From positions 186,001-250,000 of the forward strand of contig RSEE01000023.1 of NCBI GenBank assembly GCA_003971905.1: a stretch of 64,000 bases of DNA. Reading direction: 5' to 3'. Shown here in pieces: positions 25,748 through 39,102 of this stretch. The translations under genes were made by a program, and so were the position numbers. This DNA comes from Moniliella sp. 'wahieum' (lineage: Eukaryota). Each line of letters begins with the position of its first letter. The stretch's first letter is position 1. Under the pieces are notes generated by a model. That model saw only the letters and a program-made list of their open reading frames with translations, made no database searches and was not told the origin of the DNA.

Positions 25748-27406
25748 GATGGATGATGGGGCGGGGGGGAAGCAAGGCGACAGAGGCCTGGGGGTCGCGG
25801 TGAGGCAGCAGGCCGAGGGGAAGGGGGCGGGGCAAGAGGTGGAGGGGAGAAGAGAGCGGGAAGGGCGGGCAGGCAGAGGGCACAGGAGCAGCTCAGAGAG
25901 CGGCCCAGGAAGATGGCGTGGTGGAGGCGGTGGAGGCGGTGCAGAGGGCAGGTTGGAGCGCGTGGCGAGGCCACCGACTGGCTCGGGAAAAAGGCGTTCG
26001 CAACGCCTCGCGCCGAAGGGCCAAGTTTCAAGGCGCGGGTTAGCTGACGGCCGCCCTGCGCCCCTGTGCGTCTTTTGGGGGTGATGTGTGATGCATGATG
26101 CGTGGTGTGTGGTCTGGTGTGGCTCTGGACGCGAGCGAGGCGAGGGCAGGAGGCACGAACAGCTGGGCCCAGCCGCTGGCCCGCACCGCCGCACTGGCCG
26201 ATCGCAGCCGCACCACACCACACACCCAGCCGTGGGGCGGCGAGTGCCGGCCAGCGCCCCAGACCGCGTAGGAACATAGTGGGGGAGGTCCGGCGCACAG
26301 GGGCAGTGTGCTGCCAGCGGCGTTGTTCCGAGCTGCAAGGCAGTCGCTAGTCGCTCCCAGCCCTGCGCTGGGGGCTCAGGCGGCGCCCCCGACAGTACGT
26401 TAAGTAATGAGCTGCTGTGCTGCTCCCGCGCAGCCAAGCGGAGCGCGCGAAGAGCCACGCCATGGGATTGTGCCTCCAGAACTTCAGCCTCAGGCCCTCA
26501 GGACTGCTACTAGGAAACCAGCCACCCAAGATGAGGTCCTCCCTGTTTCTCCCGGCATCCGCTCCTCTCACCTGGCCCAATGGACACCCCCAGATCCGCA
26601 CCCAGATCCCAGATCCCAGATCCCAGGCCGATCCTACAGCTGAAAGGGCCTGCACCCACCCTACGGTGCCAAAAGAAGCTCCCGTGGCATGTGCCAGATG
26701 TGCTCTTTCGCATACCAACGGAACGTGCTGTACTGAGGCATACTGAGGCCTGGGGCGGCGTGCGGGGTGAGCTGACGCGCTGACTAGTGGCCCCGTCGCC
26801 ACGCCGACAGTCTCCCAGGAGGACCGAGCGCTTTTCGTGCCATGGCATGGGATAGCAACGCCCATCGAGCCGCTGGCGTTGAGCGGTCAGGTGACCGCAT
26901 CGGGCAGAGTCAGTGACACGTGACATGTGACAGTGCAATTCGGCAGCACCTGGCCGGGCATCCAGATCGCAGGCGCCATGCTTCTGCCTGGGCGGCATCC
27001 CCGGGCCACTACACGCCTGCTAGTGTCACGCCATGTCACGGGCGTCACTGAGGCAGTCACTCACATGATCTTCAATCACCTTGCTCACCATCCATCGTGT
27101 AACGTGTCTGCCTCAGGGGCTGGCGGCCATGCAATGTGATGTGGTTAGACCGAGTGCGGGTGTTGCCGGTCGCTGGGACGCGCGAATTGAACGTTCACGC
27201 TGGGCATTGAAAGTTGAAATAGAGGCCGCACTTGCAGTTGGAAAATGAAACCAACACCTCGCGTGCCATTTCACACGACTGGTCCTCTTGGTTGAGGCTG
27301 AAGGGTGGGGCGTAGTGTTGTGCTACCCGCCTGTGGTACACCAAAATGTGCCCCGCCCCGTCGCACGCACCACCGCCACTCTCCTTCGCCCCCCCCACCC
27401 GGCCCC

Positions 27407-28859
27407 ATGGCTTCCGCCGCTTCGCAACGCCTCCATTCGCCTCCTAGCAACTCGGACGAATCCCCCGCTGTTCTTGAGCCATCCCCCAGCAGAAGGCGCA
27501 TCCACAGTACCGCCCCCCGCGCTCCATCCCGCACAGACCTTAACCTCCTCGCCTCGCCCCCCCGGCCTTCCCGATCTATGCGACGAATACCAGGCAAGCG
27601 CCTCACGAGAATGACGTGGGGTCTGAGCCATTGAGCTCCTTACTCGCCAGCCGTTTGGGTACCATCCTGGGCGTCTTTGGACGGCTCGAGGTTCCGCAGC
27701 ACATGGACTCCCTAATCGAATACCTCTCCTCCTGGGGTGGCACAGACAAGGCCCTAATGATGTCCCAATACGGAGCCCGTCTCCTTGTCGCTCTTTCTTC
27801 AATCCAACATAGGGCACGTGCATGGGTCTTTGCTGCGTCATCCGCCTCCTCCCCTACGGTGGATCTTCCACCGCCCGTCGCTTTGCTGCTCTTGGTGATG
27901 CCTGTGCCGACGCCCGTACGCTGTTCCGGGTCTTGACCATTCTCCCGGTCATTCGATGGGTTCGTTGATTCTCTTTGACCATGCCGTTCTAACATTGACT
28001 CTGTTTCTGTTGCAGATGATCCAAATCGAGCATGTTCAGCCACGGACAAGACTGCTGTCCAATGTTGAGCGTCTCCAAGGGTGGTCGCTCCTCTTCTGCT
28101 TCCTCTCGAGTTGGTCGCTTACTTGGGAGCCCATTCGGTCGTTCCCATGAGGCGCAGGTCCCATCGGCGTCTCGCGCTTATTCTGCCCGGTTTTGGGTCG
28201 CATACCTGCTGCTTCAATGTCTGCACTTGATGGAAGAAAATCGGCTCTGCCGGTTGCAGGCGCGCGCTTTGGAACGCACACGAGGACATCCCGTCCCACT
28301 CCCTTCGCTGTCTCCTCGACCCAGTGTGGTGGGCTTGTCCCCAGCCGAGGGTGCACCCACCTCTCTGTCCAGTTACTACCGTAAGCCCGAAGAGAAGCCA
28401 CCTCGGTTGCATGGCTCGGCCAAGAAGGCAGCCCAGCGGGCCGCCGTTCGACCTGAAATGTTTGAGGAGTATCAAAATGACCCCAAGGCGGCAGCAGAAC
28501 GGGCGGTAACAAGAGCGTTGTGGGACGAACTGGACGACAGGAATCATGACATTCTCGTGTCGCTTTGGTTGTGCTTAGGCTACCTTCCTCTCGTGCTTGG
28601 ATCGGCTACAGGGCTTCGACGTCGGCCAGGAGAAGCACCGGGTACCTACCGCATTTCCACCTTGTCAAACTTGGTTCAGGGCGCGCTGGGATCACTCACT
28701 GCCCTCTTCTCCTTCCGTCATGGCTGGCGTGTGGCCGCTGCCAAGGCCCGCAGTCGCAAGCAAGCTGCAGCGGCAGCTGCGACGAGTAAGTATGGTTACA
28801 CTGTCGACGGGGAGAGCCATTTGGCAATGACCGAGGAACGACCAGCTCTTGCCCTCTGA
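27407..28859 (+). CDS. PEX11-family peroxin (Pex11C/gamma-like)
   Basis: YLSSWGGTDKALMMSQYGARLL; DARTLFRVLTILPVIRW (after frame repair); intron ~27960-28015 (ctaac..cag); VERLQGWSLL; SARFWVAYLLLQ; LGYLPL. Confidence 0.78.
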
Positions 28860-29213
28860 TTTTGCCCCGTGAAAATTCAATCCGCTCCAGGGGGTCAATG
28901 TGTTCATATCCCCTGCCTGGCGAGACCTCTTTCTTCCATCCCATCATTTCGATCTAACCTTGGTCAATCGTTTCTTTTTACGACTTTTTTGCTCTACTCA
29001 TTGGTCACTGTCATTACACTCTGCACGCGAATGATGCCGGGACAAAGGCAGAGATTCAGTCAAACAATGCGCTTTTGGTTCTTTGGCTTGCTGGCCAGAA
29101 ACATCGGTCATAGGGCCAGACGAGGTCAGAACGGAAAAGGTAAGACCAAGACAAAAAAGAAACGCAGGTTAGCAGGTCAGTGAATGGAGTAAAGAAGGAA
29201 AGAAAGGAAAAAC

Positions 29214-32200
29214 TTATGTGTGCAGGATATGCGTGGTACTACAGTTACGGTAAGTGGAGTGTATCGGCCAAGAGACAATCAAGTTTGGCAGCAATCTGCA
29301 ATAGCTGGGTTTCGACCTTCGCGTAAGAGGCAAATGAAGCAGGAGGGAAAGGGGATGGCATGGGTGGTTGGTGGACATGCTGTTCCCCATCCGTGGGAGG
29401 TACAGCAGATATGCCACATAATGATGGGTTTGAAGAGAATAGGAGTTGTTCAGGCATCTTTTGATCTTGGTTGGTTGTCAGGTTCAGCTTACGTTCCGAA
29501 CGGAGAAAGAAGAAGCCTCTTCCATCAGGTTGTACATCAAGTCCAACGGACAATAAGGTGCCTTCCCTTCGGGCAGGTCGGGCACAGAAGGCACATTCTG
29601 TCCCGCAACCGGGATGGAAGGGCCCAAGGCGGGTTGGTTGCGGAGCAATGAGCCCAAGGCTGGTGCGGAGCTACCCACAAGATCGATGCTCTGGCTTCGG
29701 TGTATGTGAGACCAGCTGGGGAACACCAGAGTCGGGCTATCCCGAAGCGGCCCTTGAACTGAAAGTGAACGTCCATGAACCGGGGCATCCGTCGCTTCGT
29801 TGTCGGTTTTCGTCCCTGTGCTGTTTCACTTGACAATGTGGGAAGGGGGAAAGAAACAGACGAAGCAATGGAAGAGCCTTGGTTGACCCGGACCACGTAT
29901 GCCCGTTTGAGTGACTTTGTTGTCTGGCGTGTGGGGTCGACGGTAGCCTTGCCAAAATATCGACGCTCTCCAACCATCAATGAGTTCTCCATCGTGTGTT
30001 CACTGATCGAACGGTTGCCGTAGAAGAGCCACAGAGAAAGAGCGTTCGTCGGGACTGCTTGCAAGGACAGTGCACCGTCCTCGGTAGCGAGGAGAAAGCG
30101 CCGTCGGGGTTTGGGTCATCCTGATCCAAAGAAAAGAGCTGCTCCAAGAGGACTGGCGCCGAGGGGAAACTGTCCCCGCATCTGATGACCCACTGTGGTT
30201 CACTGAATCGTGTTGATCCAGACGATGAGATAAACCGGTGCGGTAGTCATCGTCGTCATCTTCGTTCAGCACAGCGTTCAGTATGTCATCGAGCATACTC
30301 TCATTTTCCGTCTGTTCCTCTTCGTTATCTTCATATGAAACAGAACGCTGGCGGTCAAAGGGGGACATTAACCCGAATGAGGCAGTCGAAGTAGAGTCGG
30401 ATGCTGAATCATGCGCCGTTGACCCAGAGCTTCTGGGCGTTGAGTTCAAGCCTTCATGGTGTTCAAGGTTGTTACCATCAAAAAATGTCATGGTATTGGG
30501 GCTGTTGTAGAGAGAATCGAGCAGAGACCGTCGCTGAGCGTCGTGCTTGGTGGATTCCAACCCTGGCTCCAACGTGGGGCTCCAACCGCGAACCGGACCT
30601 TTGGTAGTCACCACAGATGTGGACAACCGACGAATAGTTTCGGTCTGGCGGAGAATGAAAGTTGGGTCCGACGGACGCACGGCGGAGCAATGTTCTGGGT
30701 CAAGGGGGGACCGATGCCCTGATGTGTGGAGCCAGAGATTGAGGCCAAAGGTGGGGCATTGTGGAGGGGCGGTGGTTGGGAAAAGGCCTCGTACACCGAT
30801 GCACTTAGACGGAGAGACGTTCGGTGTTGTCTTGACCTACCATCGTTAGACCGTAACTCACCGTACCTTCTTCTTCCCCGGTGGGTGCTCCAGAAAGCCT
30901 GGCGGTCTCATCGCCCCGTCTGATACACCAGGCACATTAAAGTGCTCCAGGGCAAGTTCTACCAGTTCAGCGGCAGTAGCGGATCGGGTGAGAGTCAAAA
31001 CAGCTTCAGCGTATGATCTTCTCTGGTTCGTAGGGACACTGGTGGAATGCCTCTTTGTATCACCGTACCGGAGGCGTCCAGCGTCAGCGACCGAGGAAGG
31101 TCATCTATAAGCAGAACGATGCGCACGCCAAAACGCAACGGCGTGTGTGAAATTGATGGGAAAGAGAGTCTTGATGCGGAATAAGGGGCTACTCTGCTAC
31201 CCTTGGATGCACTAAAGTTGCCAATCGGAGCCAAAAAGAACTTGAATGTGTGGTCATCGTAAAAATCGCTACTCCAACGCCGCTCGGAAGAGGAGACAGG
31301 GGCACCTCCGTCTAAACTGAGAGCAGACCAACGCACTGATGGAAGGGACTTTTTCGTCAACCCTTCGTACACCTTCAAAGGATGTTCATCAGGTTCAAGT
31401 GTCCACTCATCACCATCCAACACATGAACTCGAAGGGAAAAGCTGCTTTGCAGCGACTTGCGGTTTCCCTCCCACTCGCCCCGGCCAGCGAGGCCGAACC
31501 GCTGGACCGCCTGAAGCACAATTTCTCGCGATGTCGTCGACTCGGTGAGAAGCACTGTCTTGTATGCCACGCTGGTGCCCAACATTGCCATAGCAAAACA
31601 CGGATGACATGGAGGGTGTACCGGTCTGCTTCGCCTGGAGGGATTTGTAGGCTCCCGCGAGTGCGTTTGCCCATGGTAGTGTCAACCAAATGGGATGTTG
31701 CGGCCCCTGCCGCATTGGAGGTGGAAACGCTGGGCTCCGTGATGAGAGTGTTTTGAGGCGGCAAGTTGATTTCCCTTATGGACGTAACCGTTGAGTCGTC
31801 AGAAAATGATGAAGTCGACAATGGCTCTGGTTGCGTCCTCGGGTCTGGGGGAAGAATGGACCCATTGTTTGATAGGGAGTTGGGCGCATCGAGGCTCCCC
31901 ATTCTGACCAAAGCAGTTGCATTGTTGACATTCGCCTCGTTCAAACCATTTGAGCTTGGCTGTACCACAGCAGCCCCATTAAGGGAACTCGTCATGGTGA
32001 GAGAAGAAGGCACATCCGATACGAGGTGTTCTTTGAATGTGATCGTTCGTATTTGTGTAAATGCGTCCTCTTGGTGCTGAAGCTCGAGCTGTGCGGCGTA
32101 ATAAGCCTCCTGCTGGGCGTAGTATTCGCTACTTCTGGAATGTGAAGAGCCTTGACCACCCGAAAGCCAGAGGTTTGGTGAAGAGTTGTTGCCCGTGTTG

Positions 32201-33391
32201 GCGTGGTGAACGGGGGGGTGCGGTTCAATACTTGTCGCGTATTGGGTCGGCGTCAGTTGTTGAGCTGGGTTATCAGAGTGATGAGGAGCATTAGCAGGTT
32301 CGAGTGGGGTCTGCTTCCCCTCTCCTCCAACGCAACAAGGTCCACCTCAAAAGCGGTTCCAGCGCTGGAGCTAGACCATTCGTCCTGGTCACTCAGTTCT
32401 TGCACCATAATCGGACCGAAATCAACCGATGGCTTGCTCTTTAGCTCTACCTTCCCTTCCTCCAGTACTCCGCCGTGACGCCGCGATAGGGCAGAGAGTT
32501 TTCCCGAGGTCGGATGCGGTTGAGCCTGTCCCCTCATTTTGATCAAGTGCGAATTGTGCACTCTGCGTTCCACCTGGACATTGTCCGCTTGCGTTGCCGA
32601 CGCTACCGCTATGTTGCGGTACCGATTAAGTCGAGCCAGGCGCTCAAAAGGGCTCTCAATGTTTTCGGCAGGGATGTAGCCCACTTCCTCAGAGTGAATC
32701 ACACGGACGAGCCACCTGTGGCGTTTGACGTACGTAAGGTTAATTCCTCTCTGTTATACGAGCCACAAATGAATGAAAACAACATACCAGTACGAGTTGG
32801 AGTCATCAAGGAGAACAAGCGGGTTTCCTCTGCAAACCGTAGCCTGGCCTTGGACTGTTGCGAAGAAATTGTGCAGGGCATAGACATGGTCGAACTGGAT
32901 GTCCTCCTCGGGGATTGAAGATGAGGAGAGGTAGTCTTCATCTGAATCTTCATCAGAATCTTGCTCCGGTACCTCTTCTTCGATACTGAGGTTCTCGTGT
33001 TGTGAGGAAATATAGTAACGCAGAGGAACAGAGCTGCACTATGCTCGGAGGTTGGAGGTGGGAGTGGGTCACGGTCGTCACCAGAGTCATCTTGTGTGTC
33101 CAGGAAGGACTCTTGAATGCCATCGAGATGTGAGTATGGGGCATGAAAGGACTGTTGCTGGTGCTGTTGCTGGTAGTGCTGTTGCTGGTGCTGTTGCTGT
33201 TGCTGGTGCTGTTGCTGGTGCTGTGGCTGTTGCTGCTGCATCCCTTCGATCCTGTCGTCAGGGGAAGGGGTTGTAGTACGAATGACAGCATCAAGGTAGG
33301 CAAACTGGGTGGAAAGTGGGGAAGACATGATGCTTTTGCTGTGCAGTAGAGGGTGTGTGTGATGCCTGGGGCGCCCGGTGTTGGGCAGCAT
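29214..33391 (-). CDS. SH3 + Ras-association-like domain polarity protein, Tea4/Bud14 family
   Basis: IEFDHVYALHNFFATVQGQATVCRGNPLVLLDDSNSY|WWLVRVIHSEEVGYIPAENIESPFERLARLNRYRN (Bud14/Tea4-type SH3, intron ~32719-32786); RA-like VAYKTVLLTESTTSREIVLQAVQRFGL; N-terminal poly-Q. Start is 33328 or 33391. Confidence 0.85.
33150..33240 (-). repeat. Gln/His-rich coding repeat (CAG/CAA/CAC) in the Tea4-like gene
   Basis: Encodes QQQQPQHQQQHQQQQQHQQQHYQQQHQQQ. Confidence 0.9.
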
Positions 33392-34175
33392 TCATGCGCT
33401 GGAAGATGGGGGGTTGGTCAGAGAATGGACGACAGCGTCGGGTGGTGGTGTGGTTCAAGAGAGGGCGCATGAGTCGCTAGCTAGTTGTACTCGTTGTACC
33501 GCCGAGATGTTGATCCCCTTTCGTTGCACCGAACAATCGTGCACTGGTTAAGCGCCAGCAGTTGGAGTGGCGGTGGCTGCGGTGTATATATTTTTAGTCA
33601 CAGAACCCACACTCTCGGCGAAAGCCCGATCACAGAGGAGAGGAAGGGACATTGCATATACGTCGCAGCAGCACATATCTGTTTGTTTGTGCGTGAGCTG
33701 AATGGGCCGACAGCTGCTCAGACGCCATACAGCCCAGAAGGTCAGGAGAAAGCGGTGGTCGCAATTTCCCATGGTCTGATGCACCTGATGGCCCACACAG
33801 AGTATCAAGGAGACGAAACATTCATCTCTATGAACCGGAAAAAGCGGATCAAGCTTTATCGGTCATCGATCAAGTCGTTCAAGAGAGAAGCGATGGGACC
33901 CTACTTGGGGAGGAAGCACACAGCTCCTCTCTGATGAATTTTGTGCACAGAGAGATTGCATGAGCAGGCCCCTATAAGACCTTTTGCCTTCAAAAGCGTA
34001 GAATGTGTGGTTGTTGCTGCTTACTCGAAATTATCACAGAGGAAAACGTTGCTGGCAAGGCCACTGCTCAATATACCCAAGCTATCCAAGGCGGCTCTCT
34101 TCTGAATCGGCAGCATGGAAAGAACCGAGAACAGATATTTTGTTCCAGGATAGCTTATATGATGTGTGAAGTGCA

Positions 34176-34212
34176 TGAAGCTTGAAGCTTGAAGCTAGCT
34201 TGAAGCTTGAAG
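34176..34212. repeat. (TGAAGCT)n array in the divergent Tea4-like/manC intergenic region
   Basis: tgaagcttgaagcttgaagctagcttgaagcttgaag. Confidence 0.85.
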
Positions 34213-34385
34213 ACGATATATGTGCCGATGTCCATGATCATATTCCAAGTGAAAACGAGTGCTCACTCGGATACGAAGAGCAGTCGATGCCTTATGGTAG
34301 GAGTGAACTGCAACTGTGCCTCGCTGAGCGCTGCCTTAGGCCTTGGCTAACAAAGCCTTTCGCATATAGAACCCGATGCGACGGC

Positions 34386-34467
34386 TAGTGACTTCCAGTG
34401 ACTAGGGTGACAGTGACTATTATAGTGAAAGTGACTATAGTGACTAGTGACTAGTGACGAGTGACTA
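34386..34467. repeat. (AGTGACT)n degenerate heptamer array
   Basis: ..agtgactatagtgactagtgactagtgacgagtgactaa. Confidence 0.85.
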
Positions 34468-35155
34468 ATGGTTTGCTGCGCCTGGCCCTGCGGCCCGCCT
34501 AGCCAACGATGTAAAAGATTGCAACAGTGCGCATGCAGAACGCAGCAATTTGTTTGTCCGTGATGATCACGTGTGATGCGGCGGTGACAGGCACGTGACG
34601 TCGACGGTCACCGGTCACATGGGTCACATGTCACACGGCACAGACCGAAAAACCCCCCAATGGCCGTGACATGGAGCTTTGTAATTTAGTCGTCGCAACG
34701 GAATGCCGGCGAGTGGCGCGAGTCCTGCGAGGCTGTCTCGCGTCAGATCGAAGCAGCCTGTACAATACGCCCAGCGACACTGGCGCCATGGAGTCCCAGC
34801 CGTTCTTGATCTCAGGGGCGGGGATGGGGAGCCAGGGTAGTCCGGTCACCGGTCGATCCCAGTCAAGGCTGGAACAGAGGTGCTCGCACTGCCCCCTTGG
34901 CCCCACCTGGCCTTTGGGGTTGTGCCAACACGACTATATTTTGCGCAACGAATCGGATTCACCTCGGCGACAGCCCACTCTCTTGCCCCACTGCGGCCTT
35001 CTCTGGTGCGTGCTGGGTGCTGGGTGCGCGCCGGTGCGCAGTCGGTGCGTGGCAAACTCGCGTTGGCAGCGCTTGTGGTCTCCCCATGCAGCACGACGTG
35101 CCCACTCTGCCCTCCTCTTTCCCAGCAACTCCATCCCGCCCTCCACACCACCATA

Positions 35156-36656
35156 ATGGCGCCTGCTCTGAGTCTGGCCCCGCCATCTCAAGCGCCGTAC
35201 AGCCCAGCCACCAACGGCCATTCTCCATCGGCGCCAGCGCACCAGGACCCGCTGGCCCAGATTCTTGCGGGGCTGCAAACTCTCCAGACCCAGCTTACCC
35301 ACCTCCACTCGCGCATGGACCATCTTGAGGAGACCAGCTCTTCCCCGTCTCTGGCACCCCAGCCCGGCCTTTCTCATCTCCCCAGCTCGTCCCATGGCCT
35401 TTCGCTCGCGCGCCCGGGCCCCGGCCTACTTCGAACCCAGTCTTTGACCTCTACCACCGCTGACCATATGGCCCCGCACCTCTCTTTGCCCACTGCCCTA
35501 AGCCAACCGGCGCCGATCCTAGCAGCGTCACCCAAACTCAACCTTTGGTGCGTTGTTCCCGCCGGAGGCGCCGGCACCCGTCTCTGGCCTCTGAGCCGCG
35601 AAAGGTACCCAAAGTTTCTACTTGACCTGACCGGAGCTGGACGCACCTTGCTCCAAGGCACGTGGGACCGTCTGCTGCCTCTGGCTGGGCCAAGTCATAT
35701 GATGATTGTCACAGGTGCGGCTCATGCCCCGGCTGTAGCCCACCAGCTTCCCGACTTGGACCCGAAGAACTTGCTCACAGAGCCTTCGCCCAAAGAGAGC
35801 ATGGCGGCCATTGGGTTGGCAGCTGCCGTGCTCTACCACCGCGATCCGGATGCGGTGCTCGGAAGCTTTGCTGCCGACCACATTGTCAGTGGCCGGGATG
35901 CATTCGAGTCGGCGGTACGCGAGGCGACGGCCGTGGCGGAACAGGGGTACCTGGTGACCATTGGGATTGCCCCCTCGCATCCGAGCACAGGCTTTGGATA
36001 CATTAAGCTGGGCAAGTCGCTGGTTGGGATCGAGGCAGCCCCTAATGCACGCGTGGTTGCCGACTTTGTCGAGAAGCCCGATGCCAAGACCTCGGCGTAC
36101 CTCAAGACGGGCGAGTACCGCTGGAACGGGGGGATGTTTGTCGTCAAGGCCAAGGTCCTGCTTGACCTCTTGGCTCACCAAACCCGAGCTTCACAAAGGC
36201 TTGCTGCAAGTTGGGGCCGCCTGGGACGAGGGGCCCGAGGCCAGGAAGGTCGCCTTTGCCGAGATTTGGCCGCAACTGGAAAAGATCGCGATCGACCACG
36301 CGGTTGCCGAGCCAGCGGCCAAGCTGGGCAAAGTTTCTGTCGTTCCGGCTACATTGGTTGGGACGACGTGGGCGACTTGCCTCGCTCGCAGGCCTGATTC
36401 CCGCGAGAAGGGCGAGGCGAGGGTGCTGGGGGACCATCGGTTGGTCATCACTGAGTCGCGGCGGGAGGGATCATGTACCGGCTGCGGGACGGCCAATAGC
36501 ATGCCTGGGGCTGGATGACGTGGTGGTAATTGACACACCGGATGCTCTGTTGGTCACACCCGCGCGCGCAGCCAAGATGTGAAGAAGGTTGTGGCGCGTG
36601 CCAAGATGGTGTATCCGAGCTTGGGCTGGCTCCCCACACCAGGGCACATACCCTGA
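35156..36656 (+). CDS. manC: Mannose-1-phosphate guanylyltransferase, bacterial ManC-type, with an extra N-terminal coiled-coil/low-complexity extension
   Basis: VVPAGGAGTRLWPLSRERYPKFLLDLTG; EPSPKESMAAIGLAA; GSFAADH; LVTIGIAPSHPSTGFGYI; DFVEKPD; WNGGMF; IAIDHAVAEP; GWDDVGD; LDDVVVIDTPDALLV. No introns seen. Confidence 0.93.
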
Positions 36657-37419
36657 TGGTCGGTCTGATTGAGATTCGTTGCTAATCTTCGGGCGGCTTA
36701 TGCAAGGGCTAGTTCCCGGCTATCGATATTGCCCTTCCGACGACTTGCTCATGGACACTATTGTATGGCTCGCGCTCACCGCGCGTGTCCTTGGCCAGCG
36801 CATCCTGTCTGCCAAGACAGGCGCTGTGGCGCGCCCACAATAATTTGCCTGACATCTTGTTTCTGCACTCGTATTGCAACCCTGTGCACCGTAGCCAGCG
36901 TTGCCAGTTGGTGTAGCGCGGGTATATCCATCGACTAGCTGGGGGAGCATGAAGCTTCAAGTGCGTGAAGTGGGGCAGGCTGGAATGCTGGCCACATAAT
37001 TATGGGGTGGTCAACCGGCCACGGTCACTGGTTGTTGGCCTGGGCCGCCAGGGGGGTCATGTGACTGGCCATGTGACTTGGCGATAGGCGGAGTAGTGAC
37101 AGCCACATGCGCACACGTGCTCAGCGCACGCGTCGATCTGATTGATGCTCTCGATCTGATCGTCGGTGCAACGTCAGCGTGCACGCAGGCACAGCACAGC
37201 CCTGGGCGATTTGAAATGTTGCCAGCGCACAGACGCCCCCCCCGCGTTGGGCCAGCGTCCACCGTGCCTCCTAGGGTTTGCCCCCACCGGGCACTCTCTC
37301 GCCTGCGCTCCCCCGGCCCGACCGCCGCCCGATTCTTCCCGGTGTGCGACTTATTATAGCCCTGCGTTCGCTGGGGCGCTGCCTTCTCCCCCCACACCAC
37401 CGCTCGCTCCCTGCCCCCC

Positions 37420-38154
37420 ATGTTCGCCCGCACCTTGTCAACTCGTTCCGTGGCCAGGCGTCCCGCTCGGCCAGCACGCTCGGCCGCGTTGCTGCCCCCC
37501 CGTGCCATGATGTGGGCTGCCGGTGTGGCCGGTGCGGCGGTGGCTACTGCCGCCATTGCCCGCCCCGCCCCGCTGCACCTCGAGGGCCCCAAGACCATTG
37601 CTGGGGAGGCCAAGACCGTGTCGGAGCGCAGCTACATCATGATCAAGCCCGACGGCACCGCCCGCCAGCTCGTGGGCGAGATTATCTCGACGTTTGAGAA
37701 GCGCGGCTACGTTCTGGTTGGCTTGAAGATGGTCGTGCCGAGCAAAGCGCTGGCTACGGAGTACGTTCTGTTCTGTTCCTGCTTGTCTGCTGTCGATTAC
37801 TGGTTCACTGACCTTGCCTTGGATTAGGCACTACGCCGACCTCTCGTCCAAGCCTTTCTTCCCCTCGTTGGTCGAGTACATTACCAGCGGTGTGCCCGTG
37901 GTTGCTATGGTGTGGGAGGGTAAGGATGTGATCAAGCAGGGCCGCAAGATGGTTGGTGCGACCAACCCCCTTGCTGCCGCCGACCAGCCCGGAAGCATCC
38001 GTGGCAAGTACGCTATCTCGTCGGCCGCAACCTGATCCACGCCTCGGACAGCTTTGAGTCGGCGACCAAGGAAATTGGTCTCTGGTTCAAGCCTGAGGAG
38101 CTGGCGTCGTACAAGACGGCCAACTACGACTGGATCTTCTTCTCCGACAACTAA
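37420..38154 (+). CDS. NDK1: Nucleoside diphosphate kinase with bipartite mitochondrial presequence
   Basis: [24 protein letters not shown]; intron 37761-37827; [39 protein letters not shown] (catalytic His, after frame repair); EIGLWF. Confidence 0.96.
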
Positions 38155-39102
38155 ACTGTTGGCCGGGAAGTCCCGCGCAGTGCGCCCCCATCCAAATCGT
38201 CTCGGATGTATCATTAGCAGGTGCTCGAACCAAGCCTGCTTCGTATGACCTTCCCAGGACATGCGCAATTTTCTAGTTCCCACAAGCGTACCTCACGCAC
38301 CGTTATTGCATTCGCTCGTTGGCACAACAGAGGCCTGTTGCGGCTTTGCTGCACTAAGATATAGACTCCTATGTAGTTGTACGCAACGTAACCGGTAACC
38401 ATTCAGTGCACGACCCTGGTTGGCTGGTTGTGCAGATGACACACCGGAAGATGTATTTGCATGTCATTGGGTCTTGGTATTAAGGGGGCATGCCCACCCA
38501 TGTTCGTTTCCCTCGTCCAGATGCCCATCGTTGCACTGACTTTAGTCAAGCGTATACTCAGCGTGGTAGAGCCGCTGACAACTTTTGCGCATCACAAAGA
38601 AGGGCGAAGTGGGCACGACAAAACAATGCTAATAGGCGCTAATTGCTGGTAATGCTCACTCTGTCGTTTTGACCCGCTGGCGTGCTGGAAGTCTGATACA
38701 TGATGGAACGATTCTACTGCGGTCACGACACTACGGCAGAAAAGGGAGCACTACATCAGCCGTTTCATCAGAATACCATAGCATAACAACCAAGTGGATC
38801 AAACAATCCCGAGCTCAGCGTCAACGCACAGCAGAGACTATAGTGACCACTGATGATACACTCGTTGAACCTCTGCTATACCATTGGAGGGGCCGGTCTT
38901 GGCATCAGGAAGCTTCCCTGTGAAGAAAAAGTGAAGCGAGGCGCCGCTCCCAACTGTCAAATGAGAGGAGAGAGGCACCACGCGAATGAAAACAAAGAGA
39001 CGGTGCGTAGAGTGGAACCCGTTGCACCGGGGTAGGGGAGAGTGGGAGAGATGGTCCATGCAATGCGTTTGCCATCGATTGCGAATGGGAAAAAAAGGTG
39101 AA

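Noticed and set aside
25516..27400. Many overlapping long ORFs in the ROT1/PEX11 intergenic region
   Set aside because: GC-rich promoter/UTR sequence yields stop-poor frames with no protein motifs.
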